A stretch of 64,000 nt of DNA from Thermoproteota archaeon (GCA_029258835.1 JAPDJY010000008.1:1-64000); one strand, 5' to 3'. Positions 8,561-19,890 are shown, counted from the stretch's first letter. Translations and numbers: made by a program. Notes: generated by a model from the sequence alone, not told the origin.

Positions 8561-9293
8561 ATGAGGCGGGAGGCTTTGAGGGAAACACTTCTTGAAAAGA
8601 AGAAGAGGCTTATAGAACGGTTGAAAATAGAAGGCTTTGTTAGGGATGAAAGGGTGATCAAGGCTTTCCTAAAGGTTCCAAGAGAGAAGTTTCTACCCGA
8701 CGAGTTGAAGGAGTACGCTTATGATGACCGTCCACTTCCGATACCAGGGGGTCAGACGATATCCGCGCCACATAGAGAGTTTACTCTCTAGGCGAGACAT
8801 GTGTGTTTTAATGTGTGACCTCCTAAAACTGTGTGAAGGCATGAAGGTTCTTGAAGTTGGAGCAGGATCAGGCTATCATGCAGCTCTTTGCGCCGAAATA
8901 GTAGCTCCCGAGGAGGCAAGCAAGAAGGGACACGTGTACACCATTGAACGCATGAAGGAACTAGTGGATTTTTCTAGGAAAAACCTTGAGAGGGCTGGTT
9001 ACGGGGATCGTGTCACGGTCATTCTAGGCGACGGGACTCTCGGGCACCCTGAAGCCGCACCGTACGATGCTATTTTGGTAACAGCCGCTGGCCCCGACAT
9101 TCCCAAGCCTCTACTTGACCAGCTTGCGCGGGGTGGACGCATGGTCATACCGGTAGGTCGTTTCTACTACAGTCAAACATTGGTCTTAGTGGAGAAAGAC
9201 GAGAAGGGCCGTGTCAGGAAAAAGGACTATGGAGCCGTGGCATTTGTACCCTTAGTCGGGGAGTACGGCTGGAACAAACCTTACCTAGGATAA
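8561..9293 (+). CDS. pcm: Protein-L-isoaspartate O-methyltransferase interrupted by a 25-nt putative BHB intron. The CDS is join(8561..8771,8797..9293).
   Basis: ORF 8561..8791 encodes the PIMT N-terminus and ends …[12 protein letters not shown] 8721..9293, in a +1 frame, encodes the remainder: MCVLMCDLL…[11 protein letters not shown] (motif I)…[12 protein letters not shown]. Joining across the 25-nt excision gives a continuous PIMT. Confidence 0.8.
8772..8796 (+). other. Putative mRNA mini-intron (relaxed BHB) within pcm.
   Basis: Central helix cgcc(8766..8769):ggcg(8791..8794). Bulges aca(8770..8772) and aga(8795..8797). Intron hairpin tagagag:ctctcta (8773..8779:8784..8790). Cuts after the 2nd bulge nucleotide remove exactly the 25 nt that restore the frame. 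Confidence 0.65.
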
Positions 9294-9305
9294 AAAGATT
9301 AGAAA

Positions 9306-10328
9306 TTAGAAGAATCTCTCCAAGCTTGCCTGCGCCGTCCTCCTTTCCTGCTTTGTAATCCTGCTCAGAGCCTTAGTTACCCTTTCCTTAGAGAAGTCGT
9401 GTTCGTCACAAAGTATCTTAATGATCTTTTCCTCGTCGGGAGGACGCCAAGTGAGGGTGTAATCTTCAGTTATCTTCGGGTTTAGGAATATTCTTTCAAC
9501 TTCTTCTACCGGAACTTCAAAGGTAAATCCCTTCGCAGCTATTATTCCCTTTAGGCTTCCGTATTCTTTAATGAGTTTTAACGCCGTTTTCACCCCCACA
9601 CCCTTAACACCCTCATTGTAATCTGTTCCTAGGAGAATTCCAATAGCTATGAGTTGCTCCCTTGTTATCCCGTGAGTTCTAAGTACCTCATCTAAGGAGA
9701 TTAGCTCAGTTTCGATTTTAACGTAGATGTTTTTGCCAGGAAGCTTCCTCCTGCCGCTAACAGTCAAATTCCTCACGAGCCTCGGCGCGTTAAAGAGGAG
9801 CGAATCATAGTCTTGACTGGCAACACACCAAGCATCCCCCCTCCTAGCCATGAACGCTGCCTGTGCCTCCCCCTCGGAGGGGGCCTGAACATATGGGACT
9901 CCCATCGCCTCCAGCAATTTCTTACATTCTTCTACCATTTCGTCTGTTATAAACGACGCTGCCTGCGCGTATTTCCGTGCTTCCTCGAGGTCTCCTTTTT
10001 CTAAGGCATCGATCCATTTCTCATGTGCTTCCTCCCTAATCTTCTTCCTCTCATCCACCGTTCTCGCTTTTAAAGCTGGGGGTTCACCATCGAAAACGTA
10101 AACGGGCTTTATCCCTTCCTCCAAGAAGTTTACTGTCCTGTAGAAAAGTCCGCTGAGGTGTGAAGTCACCCTGCCCTGACTGTCCATAAGGCTGGTTCCA
10201 TCAGCCTGCCTTATGGTAGCCAGAAACTGGTAAAGCGCGTTCATGGCGTCTATAGCCACGACTTTGCCGGCAAGGTCTTTAAGGGAGATCTGCCTTGAAA
10301 CCACAATGTTTTTCAGGTTTACACCCAT
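9306..10328 (-). CDS. fen: Flap endonuclease FEN-1.
   Basis: The sequence MGVNLKNIV…AIDAMNALYQFL… carries the XPG N/I domains. The start at 10328 matches the conserved N-terminus MGV. Confidence 0.85.
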   Translation of the reverse strand: MGVNLKNIVVSRQISLKDLAGKVVAIDAMNALYQFLATIRQADGTSLMDSQGRVTSHLSGLFYRTVNFLEEGIKPVYVFDGEPPALKARTVDERKKIREEAHEKWIDALEKGDLEEARKYAQAASFITDEMVEECKKLLEAMGVPYVQAPSEGEAQAAFMARRGDAWCVASQDYDSLLFNAPRLVRNLTVSGRRKLPGKNIYVKIETELISLDEVLRTHGITREQLIAIGILLGTDYNEGVKGVGVKTALKLIKEYGSLKGIIAAKGFTFEVPVEEVERIFLNPKITEDYTLTWRPPDEEKIIKILCDEHDFSKERVTKALSRITKQERRTAQASLERFF

Positions 10329-10457
10329 TAACCCTCCCCACCATCCAGCTGCTCCCCACCTAATACATGCCAAAACGTAGTCTAAAAGATTTTCCTTTGC
10401 TGAGGTACAGGGGGATCTTGGGAAACCCGGAAGTTACCTGTCATTGCAAAGTTGATT

Positions 10458-10718
10458 TTAATCTTCGCTTACCGCGAGAAACTCTTGTCCTGGCTTTATC
10501 AACTCAACGCTTCTCTTCGTCTTCGAGATCTGAGAAACATGTATTAACCCTTCTATTTCAAGCTGCATGAGGATACGGTTCAGCTTGCTTTCGGAAAAAT
10601 CATTAAACATTTTTTGGAGCATCGCGTAGAGTTCCTTGTCTATTATTATCCCCTGCCTCTTTTTAAGAATACTTAACACCGCGTTCCTTAAGGGAATACT
10701 GTAATTTACACCCTGCAA
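10458..10718 (-). CDS. Small hypothetical protein, possibly a DNA-binding winged helix.
   Basis: 86-aa ORF, divergently placed from nothing obvious. Confidence 0.3.
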   Translation of the reverse strand: MQGVNYSIPLRNAVLSILKKRQGIIIDKELYAMLQKMFNDFSESKLNRILMQLEIEGLIHVSQISKTKRSVELIKPGQEFLAVSED

Positions 10719-10914
10719 CGCTCACCTACCCCCCGTCTATTTTCTCCTTAACAGCTATCTTTTACCGTGTAAACCCTATTTAAAAAGGCGGAGCCCACCA
10801 TAAATGTAAAAATATCCCGGGAAAACTATCTTATTTTACTGGAGAAAACTGCAAAGGTAATTACTTATTAGAGGTATTTAAATCTTCTTTAGCTCCTCTT
10901 ACATTAAAATGAAG

Positions 10915-13086
10915 TTACAGACTTCTTCCTGCCTCATACTCTGCTATTCTAGCTATTATTGACGGTTCAAACCTTCTTAACTCGTATATTTTACCTTTAG
11001 TCTGGTTAGCTATTGTTAAAGCAATGTCCTTCCTCCACGAGTCGGTTGGGTTATTGCTCCAAGGTCGGATAATTACCACTTTAATTTTCTCTTTAGCTAT
11101 CTTTTCAGAAATTTCCCTTATCTCATCTATTATTTCTGTTAGAGTCTCTGTTCCCTCACTTTTTCTAGTGCTTGAACGTAAGGAGACGTTTGCTCCCCCA
11201 TCCGTCATCATCATTATAACGGGCTCTACTCCTGGGTTACGTGCCTTCTCTTTCTTTAGAACCCTAAGACTTTTCATGAGAGCTGCTGCTAGAGGAGTCC
11301 AGCTTCCCGCTTGAACCTGCTCCAGCTTTTCACTCACAGCCTTCAGATTAACGGTGGGTGGGTGGAGGAGCTCAGCTTTCCGTCCTTTAAAAACTACCAG
11401 CCCAGCACGGTCACGGTACTGGTACGCCTTGCTGTGGAGGCTACAAATAACCTCCTTCATCACGTTAATGTTTCTGTACATTGAACCACTAGCGTCTAAA
11501 ACGAAAAGTATTGTTAAAGGCGTCCTATATTCAAACAATTTTTCTCTCACATCTTCAATCCTCACGCGTACGGCGAGCCCTCCACTTTCCCGTCTTACCG
11601 CAGCTGCTCTTAGGGTCGCTCCTAACGCTATGCTTTTCGGTCTCCCCTTCGGAATCTTGTAGGATACATACTTCCCCCTTTCAGACTCTCCAAAGGCTTT
11701 CCTCCTCTTTCCCAAACGCCAACTTTTCCTTTGAGGGCGAGCCGCCTCTACGACTTCACTGACAAGGTCCTCTCCAAGCTTTTTAGATTCTATTTCAGCA
11801 TGCTTCTTAACGGTTAATACCTCATTTTCCCATTCTCCTATAGGTGAGAAAGATCCCTCACCAATCGGGATCGAAGACGCTGGCTGTGACGGTACAAGCG
11901 TCGAGCTCCCTCCTCTTATCTCTTCTTTAAGAAGCCTATCCATTAGTGATGTATAAGAGTAAATGAATTCCACCGGAGCCTTAAAGGCCCCGTGTACCGC
12001 CTCCATCCCCCCATGTTTCACGCCTCTTCTCTCGCGAAAAAATTTCTCTTCCTCTCGAACGGATTTAAACCATTCATCTATTTTTTCGTGAAGGCTCCGT
12101 CCTTCCTCGTTGAACCCCAGCTTTAACACTCTATGGCTTAAAGCAAGCTTAGCCGCTTTAACAACATCATCCATACAAACAACCTTCCTTCCATCTAAGG
12201 CGGCGATAGCCTTAGCACACCGCATAGTTACTATGTCTGCTCTGTGGGTTCCAACATCAAAATCCACGCATAACCTAGCTATCATACCCATTAATTCTTG
12301 AGGAAGGGTTACTTCACCTAAAAGCTCACGAGCCCTCAAAATTCTCTGCCTCAACTCTTCCTCCTTGCTTCTCCACTTCTCCCTAAACCCCTCCGGATCC
12401 CTGTCGAACTCTTCAACTCTGAGTAACACTTCTAATCTGTCCTCAACGCTGGACAACGGTTTCACATCTACATGGAGCCCTATCCTGTCAAGTATTTGTG
12501 GTCTAAGCTCTCCCTCCTCAGGGTTCATACTGCCCACAAGGATGAACCTTGAAGGGTGCGAAACGGAGATCCCCTCCCGCTCAACCACGTTAACCCCAAA
12601 TGCAGCAGCATCCAGCAGGTCATCTACTATGTGGTCACTTAACAAGTTTATCTCGTCAACGTACAGTATCTGTCTGTTAGCCTCAGCCAGTATGCCTGGC
12701 TCAAGCGCCTTCACCCCCTCCTTTATCGCTCTCTCTATATCTAAAGACCCAACTACCCGGTCCTCGGTTACACCCAATGGAAGCTCGACGACCCTCATCT
12801 TCCTTCGCTCTACCTCCAGCTCCCCTCTCCTGAGCTTCTCCCTGCAAACATCGCACATACCATGGTAATCCTTGGGGTCACAGTTGAAAGGGCAACCCTT
12901 TACAACCTCGATCTCAGGCAAGAGCTCCGCTAAAGCTCTAACAGCCGTAGATTTCCCCGTACCTCTTTCACCCCTTATGAGCACCCCACCAATTTTAGGG
13001 TTTACCACGTTGAGAATAAGCGCCAGCTTCATCTCATCTTGGCCGACGATCGCCGTAAAGGGCATAACACTTCTAGCAGTACCCAC
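10915..13086 (-). CDS. Mg-chelatase-like fusion: a ChlI/BchI-type AAA+ ATPase joined to a C-terminal von Willebrand factor A domain (ChlD-like).
   Basis: The N-terminus has [35 protein letters not shown] with Walker B and sensor motifs. The C-terminus has the vWA MIDAS motif (VLDASGSM). Confidence 0.7.
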   Translation of the reverse strand: MGTARSVMPFTAIVGQDEMKLALILNVVNPKIGGVLIRGERGTGKSTAVRALAELLPEIEVVKGCPFNCDPKDYHGMCDVCREKLRRGELEVERRKMRVVELPLGVTEDRVVGSLDIERAIKEGVKALEPGILAEANRQILYVDEINLLSDHIVDDLLDAAAFGVNVVEREGISVSHPSRFILVGSMNPEEGELRPQILDRIGLHVDVKPLSSVEDRLEVLLRVEEFDRDPEGFREKWRSKEEELRQRILRARELLGEVTLPQELMGMIARLCVDFDVGTHRADIVTMRCAKAIAALDGRKVVCMDDVVKAAKLALSHRVLKLGFNEEGRSLHEKIDEWFKSVREEEKFFRERRGVKHGGMEAVHGAFKAPVEFIYSYTSLMDRLLKEEIRGGSSTLVPSQPASSIPIGEGSFSPIGEWENEVLTVKKHAEIESKKLGEDLVSEVVEAARPQRKSWRLGKRRKAFGESERGKYVSYKIPKGRPKSIALGATLRAAAVRRESGGLAVRVRIEDVREKLFEYRTPLTILFVLDASGSMYRNINVMKEVICSLHSKAYQYRDRAGLVVFKGRKAELLHPPTVNLKAVSEKLEQVQAGSWTPLAAALMKSLRVLKKEKARNPGVEPVIMMMTDGGANVSLRSSTRKSEGTETLTEIIDEIREISEKIAKEKIKVVIIRPWSNNPTDSWRKDIALTIANQTKGKIYELRRFEPSIIARIAEYEAGRSL

Positions 13087-13268
13087 TCGTGTACACCTCG
13101 AAGCATGGAATTCAGCCTAAAGCAACACTACATAGCTAACCTTAAAAAGGTTCTTAACATCCCCTCGAAAAATGTAGTTAGTAACGCCCTCCCAGATTTT
13201 TCCATCAGAAAGATTCTTATTTCTCCATGTTAAACTTTTAGGTAAACCCTGAATCGCTTCTCTGAACG

Positions 13269-14195
13269 GTGGACATTATGAATGGTGAATTGCTTTTCCC
13301 GTTAGCTATTGCCATTTTCATACTAATACTATTCATCCTGCCAAACATTAAGATTTTAAAGGAGTATGAGCGGGCAGTAGTGTTCAGACTCGGCCGCCTT
13401 ATAGGCGCTAAAGGTCCGGGAATCGTTTTTCTTATCCCTCTCATTGATAGGGCTGTTAAAGTTGATCTCAGAGAAGCCTTCATAGAAATTAGAGGGCAGC
13501 GTTGCATAACTAAGGACAATGCCCCGGTGGACATAGACGTTTTAATTTATTACCGTGTTATAGACCCAAACGAGTCGGTTGTAAAGGTTAGAGATTTTAG
13601 AGGCGCGACCGTAGGGATTGCTCAAACAACCCTCAGGTCCGTGGTGGGCGACATAGTTTTAGACGATGTCCTCGCAAAAAGGGAATATATTAACACGGTT
13701 CTTAGAGATAAGCTTGATGAGGTAACTGAGAGGTGGGGGGTTAAAGTAACCTCCGTAGAGTTGTTAGAGGTTATTCCTCCAAGAAAGGTTCAGGAAGCCA
13801 TGATAAGGCAGATAGAGGCTGAAAGGGAGCGTAGAGCCACCGTGACTGAGGCTGAAGGTAAGCGTGAAGCTACAATAAAGATCGCCGAAGGAGACGCACA
13901 AAGTGAAATACTAAAGGCTGAGGGGGAAAGGGAGTCTTGGATCTTAGAAGCTGAGGGGGAGAGGAACGCGATGATCTTAGAGGCCGAAGGGAAGGCTATG
14001 GCGTTGGAGAGGATCTTCGAGAGTGCAAGAAGCATGGATGATAAAACAATGCTCCTGTACTACCTTAAATCGCTTGAAAATATTAGTGGGAGTGCAGATT
14101 CACGCCTTCTTCTTCCAGTAGAGTTTGCCAGCCTCATGAGGCTTCTATCAGAAAACTTGGGTTCGCTTAAAGATAAGGGAGAGAAAAAGAGGTAG
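13269..14195 (+). CDS. SPFH/band-7 (stomatin/prohibitin-like) membrane protein with C-terminal EAEG-rich repeats.
   Basis: N-terminal TM segment, SPFH core (…YERAVVFRLGRL…), and repeats AEGKREA/AEGERES/AEGERNA. Confidence 0.8.
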   Translation: MDIMNGELLFPLAIAIFILILFILPNIKILKEYERAVVFRLGRLIGAKGPGIVFLIPLIDRAVKVDLREAFIEIRGQRCITKDNAPVDIDVLIYYRVIDPNESVVKVRDFRGATVGIAQTTLRSVVGDIVLDDVLAKREYINTVLRDKLDEVTERWGVKVTSVELLEVIPPRKVQEAMIRQIEAERERRATVTEAEGKREATIKIAEGDAQSEILKAEGERESWILEAEGERNAMILEAEGKAMALERIFESARSMDDKTMLLYYLKSLENISGSADSRLLLPVEFASLMRLLSENLGSLKDKGEKKR

Positions 14196-14209
14196 CACAG
14201 GGTGCAGAT

Positions 14210-14536
14210 TTAAGATATGCTCTTCACCTTCTCCTTAACTGATTCCAGGTCTTTCAGCTCGGTTACTATGGGTAGTTCAATGTAGTTTGGAAGCCCCTTA
14301 GTTATCTCCTCTATGAGATAAAATAAGGCATCCTTAGCGCTTAACTCTCTGGTTTCAATGCTTCCATCAGGTATGGTAAAAGATGCTTCCTGCCATCTTT
14401 CCTTCTCACCGTCCAATGGGAAAAGGACGTAAATGTAATCATCAGTATAAATTATAACGGATGGAGTGACCTCCCATGCCCTATCTAGTATTTCAAGCAT
14501 TTTCTGAACGTTTTCAGCCTTAGCCATTCCTAACAC
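14210..14536 (-). CDS. Hypothetical protein.
   Basis: 108-aa ORF only. Confidence 0.3.
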   Translation of the reverse strand: MLGMAKAENVQKMLEILDRAWEVTPSVIIYTDDYIYVLFPLDGEKERWQEASFTIPDGSIETRELSAKDALFYLIEEITKGLPNYIELPIVTELKDLESVKEKVKSIS

Positions 14537-14784
14537 CTACATCGAAGCATTTCCACTCAACTCTTTTCTTCAACATTCCAATAAAACTTTTCTTCAAAAC
14601 TCAAGCTTCATCGTTTTCTAATCAAACCGTTAAACTCGGGTTTTACAGTGTCTCTCTTATCCATGACCCCGCTTAAACAATTAAAACCTGTGGTTCTAGT
14701 ATTCGTTTCAGTGTTTCACGTTGCCCCTTAGAAAACGCTAATTAACTTTTTTCAAGGTAGTTAAAAGCGGAGGCGCGCTTCAAA

Positions 14785-15486
14785 ATGGAGGAAATAGAGT
14801 GTCCTGTATGTGGCCGCTTAACGCTAAAAGCTAAGTACTGTGCTTTCTGCGGTGCAGAGTTGACCCCCAAGTCAGGCGAGGTTGCAGAGTTAGAGGAGTT
14901 GCCTGATGAAGTAGTAGAGCAGCTCAGGCTGCGTATAAGAATGGAGGAAATAGCGGGGGAATTAGCATCTCTAAAAGGAGAAATCGACGAGTTGGTTAAG
15001 CAGATCTCAGAGGGGCATGACGTGGAAAAATACAGGTTGAAGGTAAAGGAGCTTAGAGAGAAAGCCCAAAATTTAAAGAATGAAAGGGAAAGGCTCGCAG
15101 CTGAAATTAAGCCGTTCCCTCTTGAAGATGTAGCTAAAAAAAGAAGTGAGCTTGAAGAGAGAATTTTACGGTTAGATGCAGCACACGGGAAAGGCGAGGT
15201 TAGCGACGAAGTCTACGCTAAGTTAAGGAAAGAGTATGAGGGGCAGCTGGACGCATTAAAACGCTCCCATTTTAAAGAGATAGCGCTTGTTGAAAAGTGG
15301 ATTGACAGTCTTAAGAGAAAAATTAAAAAGCTCACTGAGGAAGCAGAGCTCCTCTACGCACGACATATAGCTGGGGAAATACCTGAGGAATCTTACATGA
15401 AAGAAAAGGGAAAGTTAGAGTCGGAATTAAAGGAAAGTAGGGTTTACGCGGAGATGCTCGAACTCATACTGCGGAAATGGAGCTAA
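14785..15486 (+). CDS. Zinc-ribbon protein (CPVCG…CAFCG) with a long coiled-coil.
   Basis: N-terminal CxxC…CxxC, then heptad-rich E/K/L sequence. Confidence 0.4.
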   Translation: MEEIECPVCGRLTLKAKYCAFCGAELTPKSGEVAELEELPDEVVEQLRLRIRMEEIAGELASLKGEIDELVKQISEGHDVEKYRLKVKELREKAQNLKNERERLAAEIKPFPLEDVAKKRSELEERILRLDAAHGKGEVSDEVYAKLRKEYEGQLDALKRSHFKEIALVEKWIDSLKRKIKKLTEEAELLYARHIAGEIPEESYMKEKGKLESELKESRVYAEMLELILRKWS

Positions 15487-15536
15487 ACCAACACATTAGC
15501 CTCCTTCATAGTACTATTTTTCATAGTACTATTTAC

Positions 15537-15770
15537 CTACCTCCGCCTCCAAGTCTTGTATGCAAGTTCTATGTCCTCCTTCTTCACGGTCTTTCTCCCT
15601 GTATGCTTGGCTAGTTCGTCTGCGATACGGGCTATTTCAAGCCCAAGCTCTTCCAGAATCTTCCCTAGGGCTTCAGCCGCATCGTCGGATACTCTTTCGG
15701 CACCAGCCATCCTTATGATTCTATCTACCGGGGCAGTCGGTATAATAACACCTTTCTTTTTTCTAGCCAT
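15537..15770 (-). CDS. Archaeal histone (HMf-like histone fold).
   Basis: The sequence …[60 protein letters not shown]… closely matches archaeal histone A/B. Confidence 0.85.
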   Translation of the reverse strand: MARKKKGVIIPTAPVDRIIRMAGAERVSDDAAEALGKILEELGLEIARIADELAKHTGRKTVKKEDIELAYKTWRRR

Positions 15771-15884
15771 AAAAACCCCTCTATTCTCATTTAAACCTCT
15801 ATTTAACGTTTTTAAAATAAAAAACTGTTTTTAAGCTTTTATCTGACAAATTAAAATGTTATGCACGGAAGAATCATGCCATTT

Positions 15885-16367
15885 TTAGAATTCACCTGCA
15901 ATCTTCGCTTTTACACGAGCTAAAGGATATAGTGCTGGCTCCTCCTTCCACATTAATTTACAAATACTATCTGGTGAGCAAAGTCCCTCATTCCTCATCT
16001 CCTCACATTTTAAAGCTTTCATCCTACCCGAGCTTGGCGAGTCCAATGAAAAATACCTTAATACAACCCAGAACTTCCTTCTAAAGTATGCGTTTCGCAC
16101 GCATGGCGGAGCCCTTTCCAAGTGTAACCTATTAACACGCAGGAAGAATTGTTTCCATATACACCTATCTCTCGTGCACATCCTACAGATGTCCGGTGAG
16201 CGAACGGCGGCGCATAATTCCTTTACAAGCATCCCACGAATCTCTCCCTGATTATGCAGGAAAAAGTAGATCTCTGAAAAAAGAAATGGATTAAAGAAAC
16301 CCATCCTATGCGTGAATTTAAGCGCATTAACCATTAATTCCTCTCTCGAAACCATCCAGTACTTCAA
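15885..16367 (-). CDS. Cysteine-rich hypothetical protein.
   Basis: 160-aa ORF with multiple Cys pairs, no recognised family. Confidence 0.3.
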   Translation of the reverse strand: MKYWMVSREELMVNALKFTHRMGFFNPFLFSEIYFFLHNQGEIRGMLVKELCAAVRSPDICRMCTRDRCIWKQFFLRVNRLHLERAPPCVRNAYFRRKFWVVLRYFSLDSPSSGRMKALKCEEMRNEGLCSPDSICKLMWKEEPALYPLARVKAKIAGEF

Positions 16368-16595
16368 TTTAACCCCTACACTCGTCTCTACAGTTTAAAG
16401 GTTTCCCGTAAGTAAATTTAAACCCAACAAGGGTCTAAGGCAGTAAAGAAACAACCATAAAAAGAAGGAAGCTGTAAAATACTTCCAGCATCACAGAAAA
16501 TATGAATGTATCACTACTTTTCCTTTTATAGGGGTCGATGGTAGCCATGGAATAGCTAAATTTACTTCTTTCCCTTACACGCTACGATCTCTCCT

Positions 16596-17975
16596 TTAAG
16601 CCGCCTCCACCCCTTCCTTTCCCAGTATCCCCCTTGCGGCTATTATTCCTGTGGCGGCAGCTCCAACTATCCCCCTCGATAGTCCAGCTCCGTCACCTGC
16701 CACGAAAAGGTTTTCAACGGCTGTCTCCAAGTTTTCACCTGTAATCACCTTTTTTGCCGAATACTTTATTTCCGGAGCGTAAAGAAGGGTGGAGTCACTT
16801 GCTATTCCCGGTATAACCTTGTCCAGTTTTTCTATTCCTTCGATTATACTGGTAAGAATCCTGTGGGGTAGCCCCATCGATAGGTCCCCTGGAGTAGCGG
16901 CGTCTAAGGTGGGTCTTACGGCGCCGAGCTTTATGCGCTTCCATGTGGATCGTCGTCCCTTCCTGAGATCTCCTAACTTTTGGAGTAGCGGCCTCCCCCC
17001 ACCTAAGATCGTTGTTTGTCGTGCGATAGCGTTCCCATACGCCGTTGTGTCCTCGAGAGGCTCCGTTAGCTCTATTCTGCTTAAAAGAGCAAAATTGGTG
17101 TTTGGTGAAGGCTTTTCAAGAAAAGAGTGCCCGTTAACCCCTACATGATCCTCGTAGACCTCCATGACCACATAGCCATGATGGTTGACGCAGAACGTCC
17201 TCACGAAGTCATCGAAGCGTGAAGTGTAAATGTGAAACTTCGGGTCCCTCTGAATGCTGCATATTGGCTCCATTATCGTAGCTGGAACCTCCACCCGTAC
17301 CCCTATGTCCACAGGCACATGGCTTGTTTCCACATTAAGCTGAGCCATCTGCTCCGCAAGCCACCTCATACCCGACCTTCCCGGCGCCAAAACACAGTAG
17401 TCATAGTGTAAGGCTACTCCGGATGAAAGTAAAACTTCATTCCTTCCCACTTTTACTGCCTTCGTTCTGAGAATGAATTTCACCCCTTTACTTTTCAACT
17501 TCTCCTCTAACTTTTCGATGACACGCTTAGCGTTTTCAGTACCTATTAACCTCTGAACTATTGGTATAAATGTTATACCGGCCGATGCCGCCTTCCTCTC
17601 AAGCTCTTCAACCTTCGCCTCATCCGGCTTGAATAAGATTGTAGGAGCTCCACACTCCACGAAAATTTGGTCGACATATTCAACTAAGTCCCATGCTCGC
17701 TTCTCAGATCCGACCAGCTCCACTAAGTCTCCTCCGATTCTTGGGTGAAGATTTAAAAGGCCGCTAGAGAAAAGCCCTGCCCCGCCAACACCACTCATTA
17801 TATTGCACGGTTTACAGCGTGTGCACATCTTATATCTCTCTAAGGGGCACTTCCTTTCGGAGGCGTTAGCCCCCATCTCCACAATGGTTACATCGAAGGC
17901 TCTACTCTTGGCAAGTTCGTATGCTGCAAATAGCCCAGCCACCCCTCCCCCAACTATTACAACCTTCTTTTTCAC
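16596..17975 (-). CDS. FAD-dependent oxidoreductase (COG2509-like).
   Basis: N-terminal GxGxxG dinucleotide motif [11 protein letters not shown] and a second glycine-rich motif near the C-terminus. Confidence 0.6.
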   Translation of the reverse strand: MKKKVVIVGGGVAGLFAAYELAKSRAFDVTIVEMGANASERKCPLERYKMCTRCKPCNIMSGVGGAGLFSSGLLNLHPRIGGDLVELVGSEKRAWDLVEYVDQIFVECGAPTILFKPDEAKVEELERKAASAGITFIPIVQRLIGTENAKRVIEKLEEKLKSKGVKFILRTKAVKVGRNEVLLSSGVALHYDYCVLAPGRSGMRWLAEQMAQLNVETSHVPVDIGVRVEVPATIMEPICSIQRDPKFHIYTSRFDDFVRTFCVNHHGYVVMEVYEDHVGVNGHSFLEKPSPNTNFALLSRIELTEPLEDTTAYGNAIARQTTILGGGRPLLQKLGDLRKGRRSTWKRIKLGAVRPTLDAATPGDLSMGLPHRILTSIIEGIEKLDKVIPGIASDSTLLYAPEIKYSAKKVITGENLETAVENLFVAGDGAGLSRGIVGAAATGIIAARGILGKEGVEAA

Positions 17976-18382
17976 TTTTCAATCCCTTCTTCCCTTCGGG
18001 AAAGCTTAAGTATTCTTAAAGCAAGGTGCGCAGCGTTCTTAGCATTATCTATTCCAACGCAAGCCACTGGAACGCCAGAAGGCATCTGCACCATCGAAAG
18101 AAGAGCATCTAACCCTCCTAGCTTAACGCTGACTGGTACCCCTATCACCGGCTTGTCGGTCCTTGAAGCGATGAATCCTGGAAGATGCGCTGATAACCCG
18201 GCAATTCCTATGAACACCTTCGCATCGGTAGAGGCAATATACTCCTCCAACTCTTTCGGGTTCCTATGGGCTGACAGAACCCTCACTTCGAAACTTACAC
18301 CGTTCTGAGCTAAGACCTCTATAGCTTTTTCAGCTACATCCCGGTCACTTTCACTGCCTAAAATAACCGCTACGTCAACCAT
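17972..18382 (-). CDS. purE: N5-carboxyaminoimidazole ribonucleotide mutase.
   Basis: The sequence [13 protein letters not shown]…[19 protein letters not shown] is a PurE signature. Confidence 0.9.
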   Translation of the reverse strand: MVDVAVILGSESDRDVAEKAIEVLAQNGVSFEVRVLSAHRNPKELEEYIASTDAKVFIGIAGLSAHLPGFIASRTDKPVIGVPVSVKLGGLDALLSMVQMPSGVPVACVGIDNAKNAAHLALRILKLSRREEGIEK

Positions 18383-18414
18383 TATCTCACCTCTTCCAGC
18401 TTGGAACCTCTCAG

Positions 18415-19890
18415 CTAGAACTCGTACTCTATACGTCCCCTTCCTGGAATCCAGTCAATCTGCCTTCCAATCAACCCCTTTTCACGCCTGTAACGGTATA
18501 TTTCTCTTATTAACTCTGCTATTTCAACCCTCTCTCTTAGTAAAACTTCGGATCCTATGTCTGAGCGATGGAACAACTTCCAATCATCTTTCAAGTATAC
18601 GAAAGATATACACTTCTCAGCTATCTCTGAAGCTTTGGGTATGCTTTCCGCCTCCGCAAATATTTCAGCCGCTCTTGAGCCTCCTGTAATCATCCCTCCA
18701 TTTTTACTATTAATTGAACCGTAAAATACGCGTCCCCCATTCTCCAGTATCCTGTCTTCTTCCACAACTATCGGGTGGCCTCTGGCCAGATCCCTCCTGT
18801 TAGGATATCCCATGGGGGCAATGCACTTCACCACGGTAGCTACGTCTCTAAATTCGAGCTTAACCTTGTTAAGGGACTGGGAAATTATTGCCTCTGCGAT
18901 CTCCACAAGATCAGTTTCCAATATGGGCAAAACATTTACCGCTTCAGGGTCGCCGAACCGCGAGTAAAACTCTATTATTGTCGGTCCCCACAGGGCTGTA
19001 AGCATCATCTGCCCTGCTATGATCCCCCTATACGGTTCCCCGGTTTCCCTTTCTATAGCTCTTACCGTCTGCTGAACTATCTCAACAGACTCCCTGTATT
19101 CCTCCATGGAAATAAATGGTAATGTTACCCCTGGACCAGAAATACTCCCCATACCACCAGTCTCAGGGCCAATATCCATCTCGTAGGCGTTCTTGTTGTC
19201 TTGAACCAGAGGAAGCGGCTTAACCACTCGTCCATCAGTGAAACATTGGAGAGTATACTCTGGCCCCTCAACCTTTTGCTCTATCAGAATCTTATCCTCA
19301 ATGTCCGTGTAAGGTCGCATGTGCTCCTTAACTATGCTCTTAACATGTTTCTTCTTAACCTCTTCTTTCTCTTTTTTCAGGTACGCCTGGAGGTCGGCGA
19401 TCACCTTCACCCCTTTGCCCCCCGCCTGCCGGGCTGGCTTGAGAGCAACGCTTTCCGCGTACTCTTCAATGTACGCTATTGCATCGTCGATGTCCTTAAA
19501 GGCCATGAACCTTAGTCTTCCCGGTATCTTATATTTCCACATGAGGCGGCGCATAAACGCCTTAGACATTTCTATTTCTGACGGCGCCCTTCTAGCCCCG
19601 ACGCACGGTATCCCTCTCCTCTCCACCTCGTCTGCCACACCATGGAACTGTGGTTCCTCCGGCCCTATAAAGACAAAGTCCACCGAGAAGCGCTCGGCGG
19701 CGTCGGCTACGAAGCTGGGGTCTGTCGGCTTACCAAGCCTCACCTCTCCTCCAGTATGGTCACATAGCCTCGCGATCCCAGGGTTCTTTAAACCCATAAC
19801 AGCATATAATCTGGGTTCTTGCGGACTTCGAACCAATGCGTCTGCAATAGCATGTTCCCTCGCGCCTTCACCAACCAAGAGAACTTTCAT
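18415..19890 (-). CDS. purD: Phosphoribosylamine-glycine ligase (GAR synthetase), with a C-terminal extension of about 45 aa.
   Basis: ATP-grasp PurD motifs. The protein is 491 aa, against about 430 aa typically. Confidence 0.85.
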   Translation of the reverse strand: MKVLLVGEGAREHAIADALVRSPQEPRLYAVMGLKNPGIARLCDHTGGEVRLGKPTDPSFVADAAERFSVDFVFIGPEEPQFHGVADEVERRGIPCVGARRAPSEIEMSKAFMRRLMWKYKIPGRLRFMAFKDIDDAIAYIEEYAESVALKPARQAGGKGVKVIADLQAYLKKEKEEVKKKHVKSIVKEHMRPYTDIEDKILIEQKVEGPEYTLQCFTDGRVVKPLPLVQDNKNAYEMDIGPETGGMGSISGPGVTLPFISMEEYRESVEIVQQTVRAIERETGEPYRGIIAGQMMLTALWGPTIIEFYSRFGDPEAVNVLPILETDLVEIAEAIISQSLNKVKLEFRDVATVVKCIAPMGYPNRRDLARGHPIVVEEDRILENGGRVFYGSINSKNGGMITGGSRAAEIFAEAESIPKASEIAEKCISFVYLKDDWKLFHRSDIGSEVLLRERVEIAELIREIYRYRREKGLIGRQIDWIPGRGRIEYEF

